DNA from: Gammaproteobacteria bacterium
GTDB lineage: Bacteria; Pseudomonadota; Gammaproteobacteria; Eutrophobiales; Eutrophobiaceae
Direction: 5' to 3'
NCBI GenBank assembly: GCA_965243205.1
Contig: CBDEUK010000001.1
Span: forward strand, 224,001 to 288,000
DNA length: 64,000 bases
Both the position numbers and the translations under genes were made by a program. The notes below the pieces were generated by a model. It made no database searches and was not told the DNA's origin. It saw only the letters and a program-made list of their open reading frames with translations. Shown in pieces: positions 1 to 9,454 of the stretch. Numbering within the stretch: position 1 is the first letter of the stretch; each line of letters begins with the position of its first letter.

Positions 1-2
1 TA

Positions 3-920
3 GTGTGTTTAATTTTAGATAACCGTTCTGCCCTCGATAAATACACCAAAGGCAATAAGCTTCTTTCATGGATAACAAAATTAGGTTACTTCTTTAATCG
101 AAACTCGATTAAAGGCAGTAAAAATAACATCCACGCACATTATGATTTAGGCAATGATTTTTATTCATTATGGCTGGATGAAACAATGACTTACTCTTCA
201 GCGATATATAAACATCCAAATGAATCGATTGAAGATGCCCAACTAAATAAATACGATAGAATCATAGAACGTTTAAATACTAATTCAGGTAACTTACTCG
301 AAGTTGGTTGTGGATGGGGAGGGTTTTCTGAACGTTGCTTAGAAAAACAAGATAGAGATATTAAAGGCATTACCCTTTCCGAAGAACAATATGACTTTGC
401 AAAAAAAAGATTATTCACACGAGCTAATATTCGATTAGAAGACTACCGTCATCAAAATCGTAAATATGACAACATTGTATCAATAGAAATGTTTGAAGCT
501 GTTGGTGAAAAATATTGGCAAACCTATTTCGGAAAATTAAAACAATTACTGAAACAAAAAGGTAATGCCATTATTCAAACGATAACCATCAATGATAATG
601 ATTTCCCTCGCTATCGAAACACCAGCGATTTTATTAGAAGTTATATATTTCCTGGCGGCATGCTGCCCTGCCCTAGTGTGTTTAAACAACAAGCTGAAAA
701 AGCTGGGTTTAAAGCCTATGATGAATTCAGTTTTGGTCAAGACTATGCAAAAACATTGGATCAGTGGCTTCATGCATTTGATAAAAAAGAACCTGAACTA
801 AAAAATTTAGGCTTTGATGATAAATTCATGCGTCTTTGGCGTTTTTATTTAGCAGCGTGTTATGCAGGTTTTAAAACTAATCGTACTGATGTTATACAGG
901 TTCAACTTTGTCATGCGTAA
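3..920 (+). CDS. cfa: Cyclopropane-fatty-acyl-phospholipid synthase family SAM methyltransferase (5' end outside window)
   Basis: NIHAHYDLGNDFY, MTYSSA, LEVGCGWG, SIEMFEAVG, YIFPGG, RLWRFYLAAC motifs. Confidence 0.9.
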   Translation: MCLILDNRSALDKYTKGNKLLSWITKLGYFFNRNSIKGSKNNIHAHYDLGNDFYSLWLDETMTYSSAIYKHPNESIEDAQLNKYDRIIERLNTNSGNLLEVGCGWGGFSERCLEKQDRDIKGITLSEEQYDFAKKRLFTRANIRLEDYRHQNRKYDNIVSIEMFEAVGEKYWQTYFGKLKQLLKQKGNAIIQTITINDNDFPRYRNTSDFIRSYIFPGGMLPCPSVFKQQAEKAGFKAYDEFSFGQDYAKTLDQWLHAFDKKEPELKNLGFDDKFMRLWRFYLAACYAGFKTNRTDVIQVQLCHA

Positions 921-1428
921 ATACTTTATTATTCTTCTATTATTTTTCAGCCTTCAACCAAACGTTGTACTCAGCAATGACAACATAGTCAGTTATGTGC
1001 CTGAAGCAAAACGAGTTGGCGGTGGTCGTTTATCATTTTTATTTTGGGATGTTTACGACATAACGCTTTATGCACCTAAAGGAAGTTGGCAGCAAGATAA
1101 ACCTTTCGCTATCGAGCTTTCCTACTTGATGGATATAGAAGCTAGAAAGATTGCTGACCGCTCAATTGAAGAAATGCGTAAACAAGGTATTAAAGATGAA
1201 ATAAAACTTGCAACTTGGCATAACCAAATAAGTAAAATATTTCCTGATGTTAGTGAAGGAATTAAATTAGTTGGCATTTGTACAAAGAATGGAGAGAGCA
1301 TTTTCATGAGGGATGGTGAAATTATTGGAAGAATATCTGATGAAGAATTCAGTGAAGCCTTTTTTAATATATGGCTAGGTGAAAAAACCAGCGCACCTGA
1401 TTTACGTAGCCAATTATTAGGTGACTAG
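913..1428 (+). CDS. Chalcone-isomerase-like exported protein
   Basis: Signal peptide from ATG 913; FLFWDVYDITLY, FPDV..G, FFNIWLGEKTSAPDLR..LLG pattern; usual neighbour of cfa clusters. Confidence 0.75.
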   Translation: MRKYFIILLLFFSLQPNVVLSNDNIVSYVPEAKRVGGGRLSFLFWDVYDITLYAPKGSWQQDKPFAIELSYLMDIEARKIADRSIEEMRKQGIKDEIKLATWHNQISKIFPDVSEGIKLVGICTKNGESIFMRDGEIIGRISDEEFSEAFFNIWLGEKTSAPDLRSQLLGD

Positions 1429-2750
1429 TGAACACAAATTCGCTATTAAAATCTGAACTGTTTCAATACAGTTTTATTGCTTTACCGTTGGCTTTTGCAG
1501 GCTTGCCACTTTATATCAATGCACCAGATTTTTACGTCCGTGAATTTGCCATTAATATCGGAACCATTGGTTATATTCTCCTGATCATTCGTTTATTTGA
1601 TGCGTTTCAAGATCCATTCATAGGTTTTTTATCCGATAAATTTCATAAAAAACGACATATGATTGTTACAACGGGTGTTCTAATACTGGCTATTGGAATT
1701 AGTGGCATCTTTTATGGGCCTATCGGTCAAACAAGTGCAACTTTATGGTTTATTGTTTCAATGTTATTGGCAACAACTGGTTTTAGTATTTGCTCAATCA
1801 ATCTAAACCAAATTGGTGGCTTTTGGAAAGAAGAACCCGAGCAAAGAACTATTATAGCCGCTTGGAGAGAAAGTTTTGCATTACTTGGTTTACTATTAGC
1901 TGCACTATTACCAACACTTCTGCAAATAAAATTCCCCACAAATATTGCATATGAATTTCTTAATATTATTTTCCTATTTTTAATTTTTATAGGATTGGCT
2001 TTACTTTCTGTATTTTTACTAAACACAAACAAATTTATAGAAAAAACACAGCCCGTATATATCAGCTTTCAATTCTTAAGGTTATTTAAAGGAAAAAATT
2101 CTCTTTTCTTCTTAGTTTGTTTTTTATCTCAATTAGCATCTGCATTGCCTGCAGTTTTAGTGCTATTTTTTATTCGTGATTATTTAAATTTAGAGCACTT
2201 ATCAAGTTTATTTTTATTTTTATATTTTGTTTCAGGAATTGCATTTATCTCGGTCTGGGTAAAGCTAAGTTATCAGTTTGGAAAAATGAATACATGGCTT
2301 TTATCAATGTTACTGAGTGTTATAGCTTTTGCTTGGGTATTTATATTATCACCTGGCGATTCCATGTTATATGGGATTATATGTGTACTTTCAGGTATTT
2401 CATTAGGTGCCGACCTTGCATTGCCTCCATCTATTTTAGCTGATCGGGTAACGCTTCAGAAATCTCAACCAATTTCTACGCAATATTTTGCAGCATTTGG
2501 ATTTATACCCAAACTTACCATCTCAATTGCGAGTGGCATTGCATTCATTACATTAGATTCTATTGGTTTTAGTACTGATAATGTTAATACTGAAACTGCT
2601 TTATTTGGTCTGTTAATACTTTACAGCCTATTACCATGCTTTTTTAAACTATTAGCAATTATTACTTTATTTATCTTGCAAAAACATGAAGGTGATGATT
2701 ATGCAAATTATGAGAGGAGTTATCGCGATGGCAATTTTAACATTTATTAA
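1428..2750 (+). CDS. MFS (GPH-like) transporter
   Basis: About 12 hydrophobic segments; RLFDAFQDPFIGFLSD; GADLALPPSILAD. Confidence 0.85.
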   Translation: MNTNSLLKSELFQYSFIALPLAFAGLPLYINAPDFYVREFAINIGTIGYILLIIRLFDAFQDPFIGFLSDKFHKKRHMIVTTGVLILAIGISGIFYGPIGQTSATLWFIVSMLLATTGFSICSINLNQIGGFWKEEPEQRTIIAAWRESFALLGLLLAALLPTLLQIKFPTNIAYEFLNIIFLFLIFIGLALLSVFLLNTNKFIEKTQPVYISFQFLRLFKGKNSLFFLVCFLSQLASALPAVLVLFFIRDYLNLEHLSSLFLFLYFVSGIAFISVWVKLSYQFGKMNTWLLSMLLSVIAFAWVFILSPGDSMLYGIICVLSGISLGADLALPPSILADRVTLQKSQPISTQYFAAFGFIPKLTISIASGIAFITLDSIGFSTDNVNTETALFGLLILYSLLPCFFKLLAIITLFILQKHEGDDYANYERSYRDGNFNIY

Positions 2751-3231
2751 TGCGTGCTCTATGACACCACTTGAACAATACTCTGAACAAGAACCCACAT
2801 TGGATCTTCAAGAATACTTCACAGGAGAAATAAAGGCTTGGGGTTTAATACAAGATCGAAAAGGCAAAGTGACAAGACGTTTTGATGTTGTTATGAATGG
2901 AACATGGGATGATAATATCGGAACGTTAAAAGAGGATTTCCAATATTATGATGGTGAACAACAAAAAAGGATATGGACGATAAAAAAAATCGACAATGAT
3001 AATTACGAAGGGACTGCTGGTGATATTATTGATAAAGCAACTGGACAGTTAAATGGTAATGCTATGCGCTGGGCTTATCAAATGAACCTTGATGTTGGCG
3101 ATAAAACCTATCGAATTACTTTCGATGACTGGATGTTTCTTATGAACGATGGCGTACTGATTAACCGATCTTATTTGAAAAAATTTGGTATCACTGTAGC
3201 TGAGCTAACCTTATTCATGCAAAAACAATAA
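2686..3231 (+). CDS. DUF3833 family lipoprotein (true start probably a downstream Met)
   Basis: Lipobox INAC; LQEYFTG..AWG, FDDWMFL, INRSYLKKFG. Confidence 0.8.
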   Translation: MKVMIMQIMRGVIAMAILTFINACSMTPLEQYSEQEPTLDLQEYFTGEIKAWGLIQDRKGKVTRRFDVVMNGTWDDNIGTLKEDFQYYDGEQQKRIWTIKKIDNDNYEGTAGDIIDKATGQLNGNAMRWAYQMNLDVGDKTYRITFDDWMFLMNDGVLINRSYLKKFGITVAELTLFMQKQ

Positions 3232-3237
3232 TTATTT

Positions 3238-3978
3238 ATGTCTGCTGATAAAAAAAATTACTGGATTATTGGCGCTAGCAGTGGCATAGGAAAAGCATTA
3301 GCATTTGAGCTAGATAAACAAGGCTATAATTTAATTTTATCTGCAAGAAGAAAAAAATTACTCGAAGATATTAATAACCAACTAAGCAGATCACATAATA
3401 TTTTAGAACTCGATATTTCGAACATAGATTCGATTCAATCATCTATTCAAAAAATAGAATTAACATATGATAATTTGGATAGTGTTATATTTATGGCCGG
3501 TATCTATGCTCCCACATCTATTGAAGACATGAATGTAGCCGATGCAAAAAATATTATTGATATTAATTTTACTGGTTGCGTTAATTTCGTTCATCATGTA
3601 TTACCGATTTTAAAAAAACAGCAACAGGGTCAAATAGCTATCTGCTCCAGTGTCGCCGCATATAGAGGATTACCTAATGGACAAATCTATTCTGCTACTA
3701 AAGCAGCTCTTACTAATTTTACTGAAAGCCTAAAATTAGAAATGAAAGAATATGATATCGATGTGAAGCTTATAAGCCCTGGTTTTGTAAAAACACCAAT
3801 GACAGATAAAAATAATTTCAAAATGCCAATGATGATAGAACCAGAACAGGCAGCTTCTGAAATTGCTAAAGGATTGAATTCAAATGCTTTTGAAATTCAT
3901 TTTCCCAAACGTTTCACTTTTCTAATAAAATTACTCTGCCTTCTTCCATATTTTATATATTTCAGACTCATACGCTAA
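3238..3978 (+). CDS. Short-chain dehydrogenase/reductase
   Basis: GASSGIG, YSATK (YxxxK), PGFVKTPMT. Confidence 0.92.
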   Translation: MSADKKNYWIIGASSGIGKALAFELDKQGYNLILSARRKKLLEDINNQLSRSHNILELDISNIDSIQSSIQKIELTYDNLDSVIFMAGIYAPTSIEDMNVADAKNIIDINFTGCVNFVHHVLPILKKQQQGQIAICSSVAAYRGLPNGQIYSATKAALTNFTESLKLEMKEYDIDVKLISPGFVKTPMTDKNNFKMPMMIEPEQAASEIAKGLNSNAFEIHFPKRFTFLIKLLCLLPYFIYFRLIR

Positions 3979-3994
3979 TCATATCTAAACATTT

Positions 3995-4861
3995 CTATGC
4001 TGCCTTTTGCTTATTTATTTTCATCTCAAATAGAACCAAACCTATTAATATTAAAATGGTTCCTAATATAATAGAAATAGTAATTGCTTCATTATTTAAT
4101 ATGTGACCTAGGTATAAACTGCTAACAGGTGTGATTAAACTAATTAAAGATACTCTTACAGGATCTAATTTTTGTAATATAAAATAATATAAAGAAAAAC
4201 CTATTGCAGTTGCAATGACTCCCAAATAAATAATTGATGCCGTTGTTTTATAGGAGAACGATGCAACAGACTCGTCCGCCATATAAAATGTAAATATAAA
4301 CAATGGAACAGCAATCATTAAACCCCCATAGGTTGATTCAATACCAGATATCGGTGCATTAACTTTTTTAATAAATACCGCACTTAATGAATGTGCAAAT
4401 GTGCTTAAAAGCATAAGTAAAATTCCAAAGCCTGCATGCTCACCAAAATCATTACTACCGCCAAAAATTAGAACTAAACCCATGAGACCTAAACCCATAC
4501 CTGATAATTTTTTAGTCGTTAGATGATTTTCATTTAACACATAAGCAGAAGCGATCCCTGTTATGATTGGTGATAAACCAAATAAGACAGAAACCCAACC
4601 AGTAGGTATGTATTGAACACTGTAATAGACCAAAGACATTGCAATATAGATTCCGAGTCCAGCACAGATATAAGCTAAATAAGCTTTTTTTGAATAATTT
4701 AAATTCTGACGTGTAACAAAGAATATAAACATCAAACTTAACAAACCTATAAGCATACGCGATGTTACGCCGAACATAACGCCACTTTGACTACTCCAAT
4801 AGACAGCCAATGGCGTTGTGCTCCAGATTATAATGACACTTAAATAGGCTAATTTAATCAT
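3995..4861 (-). CDS. DMT/EamA family transporter
   Basis: About 10 TM in two EamA-like halves; IIWSTTPLA. Confidence 0.88.
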   Translation of the reverse strand: MIKLAYLSVIIIWSTTPLAVYWSSQSGVMFGVTSRMLIGLLSLMFIFFVTRQNLNYSKKAYLAYICAGLGIYIAMSLVYYSVQYIPTGWVSVLFGLSPIITGIASAYVLNENHLTTKKLSGMGLGLMGLVLIFGGSNDFGEHAGFGILLMLLSTFAHSLSAVFIKKVNAPISGIESTYGGLMIAVPLFIFTFYMADESVASFSYKTTASIIYLGVIATAIGFSLYYFILQKLDPVRVSLISLITPVSSLYLGHILNNEAITISIILGTILILIGLVLFEMKINKQKAA

Positions 4862-4881
4862 ATCAGTCCTTTTTTATGGCG

Positions 4882-4917
4882 AAAAAAAAGGCCGCTAGGA
4901 AAACCTGCGGCCTTTTT
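4882..4917 (-). terminator. Intrinsic terminator (attenuator) in the EamA leader
   Basis: Minus strand AAAAAGGCCGCAGG-TTTT-CCTAGCGGCC-TTTTTTTT, ending about 20 nt before the EamA start codon. Confidence 0.85.
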
Positions 4918-4940
4918 GTTGGAATTCTAATTTAGTTATT

Positions 4941-5021
4941 TCAACACAAACACGCAGGCACCACTGATCGCTTGACCAGTAGCCAACAAATTGCTCGTCG
5001 TTTTGAAGTTGAAAAAATCAT
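4941..5021 (-). CDS. Putative leader peptide MIFSTSKRRAICWLLVKRSVVPACLC (26 aa)
   Basis: ATG 7 nt after a near-consensus -10; last codons overlap the antiterminator arm. Confidence 0.5.
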   Translation of the reverse strand: MIFSTSKRRAICWLLVKRSVVPACLC

Positions 5022-5028
5022 GGCGCGG

Positions 5029-5056
5029 ATTCTACATTTAGAATCCTATTTGTCAA
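5029..5056 (-). promoter_or_regulatory. Sigma70 promoter for the EamA leader
   Basis: TTGACA-N16-TAGAAT followed by GC-rich discriminator CCGCGCC. Confidence 0.7.
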
Positions 5057-5233
5057 TAAAACAAACTGCATTGCTAATAAATCAAATGCATAACAATTCA
5101 TCACTCGCATGCTTCAATATTTATGTTTACCTACTAAGTTGTGATGTTTGCAATACTGTATTTTTAATTAATTTATAAGATTGAAAACGATTGTATTTTG
5201 ATTAAAAAATCGGCTCTATAAGCCATATTTTAT

Positions 5234-5260
5234 TAAATATTTTTAAGAATTATCCGATAT
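5234..5260 (+). promoter_or_regulatory. Sigma28 (FliA)-type promoter for the peroxidase-cupredoxin-cytochrome c-MCP operon
   Basis: TAAA-N15-TCCGATAT versus consensus TAAA-N15-GCCGATAA. Confidence 0.55.
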
Positions 5261-5324
5261 TAATTGAATAATGGTGATTTATGTAAATGACCTAAACTTT
5301 TCACCAAATTTTATGCTTTTCTAA

Positions 5325-6461
5325 TTGGTAGTCGAAAAAATGAGACTAAAAATACCTAGTAAAATCAATTATTTACTATTTTCACTCTTATTCTCGTCTA
5401 CATCTCCAATTAAGGCTGACTATCTAGAGGAAAATGTCTCGCCTGGGCATGCAACTATGCAGGAATGGTTGTTACCCAAAACACCACCTCATCCAGAAGA
5501 TAACAAACCAACGGCCGCAAGGATTGAGCTGGGTAAAATGCTCTTTTTTGATAAACGATTGAGCGGTAACGGGGATATGTCATGTGCTACTTGCCATAAC
5601 CCTGTACTTGGTTGGTCTGATGGTTTGCCAACTGCTAAGGGGTTCAATGATGAAGTACTTGAAAGAGCTAGCCCAACTGTTATCAATAGCGCATACAACT
5701 CAATACAAATGTGGGATGGCCGGAATAAGTCATTGGAAGAACAAGCGCTCGGACCTATCACAAGTAAAACTGAAATGAACATGGAAATAGCAAAATTAAT
5801 TAATTGGTTAAATGGAAATCAAAACTACGTAAACGCATTCCAAAAAGCTTATCCAAACAGAGAAATAAACATTCAAACAGTTGCTATGGCTATAGCATCA
5901 TTTGAAAGAACCATCATTAGTAATAATTCAGCTTTTGATTTTTGGGTTAAAGGCGATAAGAAAGCTATGACGAAACAGCAAGTACAAGGATTTAAAGTAT
6001 TTCTTGATCCGAACAAAGGCAACTGCGCTGCTTGTCATCTTGCACCCAATTTTACAGATGATGGATTTCATAATATTGGTTTGCAATCTTTTGCAGAAGA
6101 AAACCCAGATTTAGGTCGTTATGAACAAAAACCAGTAAAACTGATGAAAGGAGCATTCAAAACTCCCACTCTAAGAAACATCGCCTTAACAGCACCTTAT
6201 TTTCATGACGGTTCTGCGAAAAATTTAGAAGAAGTCATTGATCATTATATAGAAGGTGGAATTACAAAAAGTAACCTGTCACCTAATATGAAAACACTTT
6301 CGATAAACGATGAAGAAAAACAGGCTTTAATCGCTTTTTTACAAGCATTAACTACCAAACAGGAATCAATAGCATTGCCTCATCTTCCAGAAGACCATGT
6401 TATAGATAAAAACACAACCATGCATAGTTCTATTACTAACAACATCAAAAAAGGTAAATAA
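5325..6461 (+). CDS. Di-heme cytochrome c peroxidase / MauG-like protein (likely start ATG 5340)
   Basis: Signal peptide; CATCH and CAACH heme motifs; LGKMLFFDKRLS, QMWDGR, FKTPTLRN, TAPYFHDG. Confidence 0.9.
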   Translation: MVVEKMRLKIPSKINYLLFSLLFSSTSPIKADYLEENVSPGHATMQEWLLPKTPPHPEDNKPTAARIELGKMLFFDKRLSGNGDMSCATCHNPVLGWSDGLPTAKGFNDEVLERASPTVINSAYNSIQMWDGRNKSLEEQALGPITSKTEMNMEIAKLINWLNGNQNYVNAFQKAYPNREINIQTVAMAIASFERTIISNNSAFDFWVKGDKKAMTKQQVQGFKVFLDPNKGNCAACHLAPNFTDDGFHNIGLQSFAEENPDLGRYEQKPVKLMKGAFKTPTLRNIALTAPYFHDGSAKNLEEVIDHYIEGGITKSNLSPNMKTLSINDEEKQALIAFLQALTTKQESIALPHLPEDHVIDKNTTMHSSITNNIKKGK

Positions 6462-6510
6462 TCTTGATAAAAGATAACTCTTAAATGATACACATATAGG
6501 AATTTTAATT

Positions 6511-6834
6511 ATGAACACATTGGAAAAGATATACATAACGGCAGCTGTGTTTCTGCTTTGTAATCAATACGTATTAGCTGAAGAATATGAAGTTGGTCAA
6601 TTAAATAAAGCTTTCACAACAGAATCATTGACGATAAAAAAAGGCGACACTATAAGCTTTGTTAATCATGATGATTTTTTTCACAATATATTTAGCTTAT
6701 CAGATACAGCAAGTTTTGATTTAGGCTCTTATCCAAAAGGTGAAGCGAAATCTTATACATTCGATACTGCAGGAGAAGTCGTTATTGAATGTGCCATTCA
6801 TCCAGATATGAAGCTAAAGATTACTGTCGAGTAA
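6511..6834 (+). CDS. Periplasmic cupredoxin (type 1 copper, plastocyanin/amicyanin-like)
   Basis: Signal peptide; HN ligand and C-A-I-H-P-D-M loop. Confidence 0.85.
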   Translation: MNTLEKIYITAAVFLLCNQYVLAEEYEVGQLNKAFTTESLTIKKGDTISFVNHDDFFHNIFSLSDTASFDLGSYPKGEAKSYTFDTAGEVVIECAIHPDMKLKITVE

Positions 6835-6841
6835 TCAAACC

Positions 6842-7264
6842 ATGAAAACTTTATTAATTCTTCTTACTTTGTCTATAAGTTGTTGGCCTTTAGTGGTTAA
6901 CAGCGAACTCTATGCTATTACAGAAAGTAATTCATTCAACACGAATAAAGTGGAAATGATAAAAGATATAAAAAAAGTTCATATTAAATCTGGTTTAGAA
7001 ATAGGAAAAAATATATATACAGTTCGTTGTGCAATTTGCCATGGAGAAAACGGTGAAGGTGATGGCAAAATGACCAAGATAATTTATGACCCATCACCAG
7101 CAAACCTTACAACCAGCACATTAACGGACGAAGATATGCAACTAATTATTCATGAAGGTGGTGAAGCTGTTGGACGCTCATATCATATGCCGCCTTGGAA
7201 AGATGAATTATCTAAGTCAGAAATATTCAGTGTTATGAACTATATAAAAGCATTAAGACAATGA
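6842..7264 (+). CDS. Monoheme c-type cytochrome
   Basis: Signal peptide; CAICH; distal Met in HMPPW. Confidence 0.88.
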   Translation: MKTLLILLTLSISCWPLVVNSELYAITESNSFNTNKVEMIKDIKKVHIKSGLEIGKNIYTVRCAICHGENGEGDGKMTKIIYDPSPANLTTSTLTDEDMQLIIHEGGEAVGRSYHMPPWKDELSKSEIFSVMNYIKALRQ

Positions 7265-9384
7265 ATAATAAATTTCCACATCATTTTTTTAAAAATATAA
7301 GTATCCGTAAAAAACTTATTTTTTCATTCGGCATCTGCGCCTCTATCATTATTGTGATAGGCACATTATCTATATGGTCTTTACATCGTGTTGAATCGCA
7401 TATCTTTACAGTAGCGAATGATTTTATTCCTGCGAAGGATCTTGCTAACAAAACTAAAAGACAAGTGATTCATGCTAATAAAGCCTTAAGTTTTTATATA
7501 TTAACCAATAAAGAAATGTATCGAAAACAAGTCGATACTTTAGTAAAAGACATAAAAAAATCTATACAAATATTGTCTAAACTCCAAACAAATGCAGGCC
7601 AAACGGAGTCATTATTAATTTCATTAAGCAAAGATATAGAGGCGTTTGATAAATACAAATCATTAGTATTTGAGATAAAAGAAAACAAATTAAATAATAT
7701 GCCAGGTCTTAAATTTGCAGACAAATTAATATTTCCAATAAACAATGAAATTATTGGGATATTAAATGAAATTACTAGTCATAAATATTCAGATTCAAAA
7801 TTATATACATCAATTATGAATCTTAATAAGATTTGGTACGATATATTTTACGATATCAATAATTACCTTGCATATCGTGATGAAAATTTTAATGATGAAT
7901 TTTCAAGAGATCTGAAAAACGCGCGTGCAGAAATAGACAGTTTGCTAAAACAGAATTTATTGCAATTAGATTCTTATGATATCCAAAATAATTTAGGTAG
8001 AATTTTAAAATTACAAAACACATTAGAAAAATATATTGAAAGCTTAGTGGGCATACATAGTGGAGAAGCATGGAGAAAAGATGCCTATTTAATTCGAACT
8101 AAAATTGGCCCTTTGTTAGAATCTATTGTTGACAAGTTAGATAATATTAAAAATATATATTCAGAAGCAGCTGAATCAAAAATTAATGAGCTTTTAAAAC
8201 TATCAGCAGCCACTAAAAAGATAACTTTTACCACCCTTATCTTGGCTGTATTACTTGGGTCTTTTTTGACCTTGATTGTCATCAAATCAATAATGATTAA
8301 ATTAAACATGGCAACCAATGCAATGAAAGATATTGCTGAAAAAGGAAACTTAAATCAAACATTAGATGATTCTGGAAAAGATGAATTATCTAATTTAGGA
8401 AGTTCATTTAATCAATTTGTAGAAAAGATATCGAATGTCATAAATTTAGTTAATTTATCATCGACTAATTTAGCTCATGAAGCGGATGAAATGAAAAAAA
8501 TTAGTCAGAGTGCAAAAAGTACTGTCGTGCAACAACAGTCACAAATCTCTGAAGTGGCTGAGTCCGTACAAGAAATGTCAAGCACTATGGAGGATATTTC
8601 TCATAATGCTAGTTTAGCGGCAGACGCTGCAAAGAAAGCGAATGAATTTACTATCAATGGTCAAGATGTGGTAACAGAATCTATTAGTTCAATTAATAAT
8701 CTAGCAACCGATGTTGAAACAACAGGCTTGGCAATAGAAAAGCTAGATAGTGAAATCAAAGATATTGGAAGCATACTTTCAGTTATCAAAGACATAACCG
8801 AACAAACTAATTTACTCGCTTTAAATGCAGCAATAGAGGCTGCACGTGCTGGAGAAATGGGTAGAGGGTTCGCAGTTGTTGCTGATGAAGTCAGGACATT
8901 ATCACAACGTACACAAAGCGAAACTCTAGATATTCAAGTTAAAATAGAACGATTACAAGCAGAAGCTCAAACTTCGGTCAATGCTATTGAAAAAGGTAAA
9001 AAAACAGTAGAACACAGTGTTGAGCTTGCTTCTTCTGCAGAAGAAGCATTAAGTTCGATTGCTCAATCTGTTGATACCATTTCTGAAATGAACCTAAAAA
9101 TCGCCGATTCTGTTCGTACACAAAGTCATAATTCAACATCTATTAATAATAATATGTTATCAATTAATCAAATTGCGAATGAAACAGCTAATACAGTTTC
9201 TACAGCCAGTAACTCTAATCATGAGTTAAGCCTTATGGCAAGACAACTTCGAGGCATGGTTGAACAATTCTTATTAAATGATATTGATACTCAAAATTCT
9301 AGTGAAGTGGAATCTTCGAATAATAATGAAGCAGAAAAAGACTCAAGTTCTGATTCTGAATGTATTGATGATGTTTTATTTTAA
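7261..9384 (+). CDS. Methyl-accepting chemotaxis protein with large helical periplasmic domain
   Basis: Two TM helices, [37 protein letters not shown]; ATGA overlap with the cytochrome gene. Confidence 0.95.
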   Translation: MNNKFPHHFFKNISIRKKLIFSFGICASIIIVIGTLSIWSLHRVESHIFTVANDFIPAKDLANKTKRQVIHANKALSFYILTNKEMYRKQVDTLVKDIKKSIQILSKLQTNAGQTESLLISLSKDIEAFDKYKSLVFEIKENKLNNMPGLKFADKLIFPINNEIIGILNEITSHKYSDSKLYTSIMNLNKIWYDIFYDINNYLAYRDENFNDEFSRDLKNARAEIDSLLKQNLLQLDSYDIQNNLGRILKLQNTLEKYIESLVGIHSGEAWRKDAYLIRTKIGPLLESIVDKLDNIKNIYSEAAESKINELLKLSAATKKITFTTLILAVLLGSFLTLIVIKSIMIKLNMATNAMKDIAEKGNLNQTLDDSGKDELSNLGSSFNQFVEKISNVINLVNLSSTNLAHEADEMKKISQSAKSTVVQQQSQISEVAESVQEMSSTMEDISHNASLAADAAKKANEFTINGQDVVTESISSINNLATDVETTGLAIEKLDSEIKDIGSILSVIKDITEQTNLLALNAAIEAARAGEMGRGFAVVADEVRTLSQRTQSETLDIQVKIERLQAEAQTSVNAIEKGKKTVEHSVELASSAEEALSSIAQSVDTISEMNLKIADSVRTQSHNSTSINNNMLSINQIANETANTVSTASNSNHELSLMARQLRGMVEQFLLNDIDTQNSSEVESSNNNEAEKDSSSDSECIDDVLF

Positions 9385-9454
9385 TTATCTATTCATTAAT
9401 AATAAGTGAGAGAAAGCTTCACACTTTTAGGGGATACAATTAAACTCTGTATCC

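Noticed and set aside
4972-5178. 68-aa plus-strand ORF
   Set aside because: TTG start without SD, antisense to the EamA leader and promoter, no recognisable features
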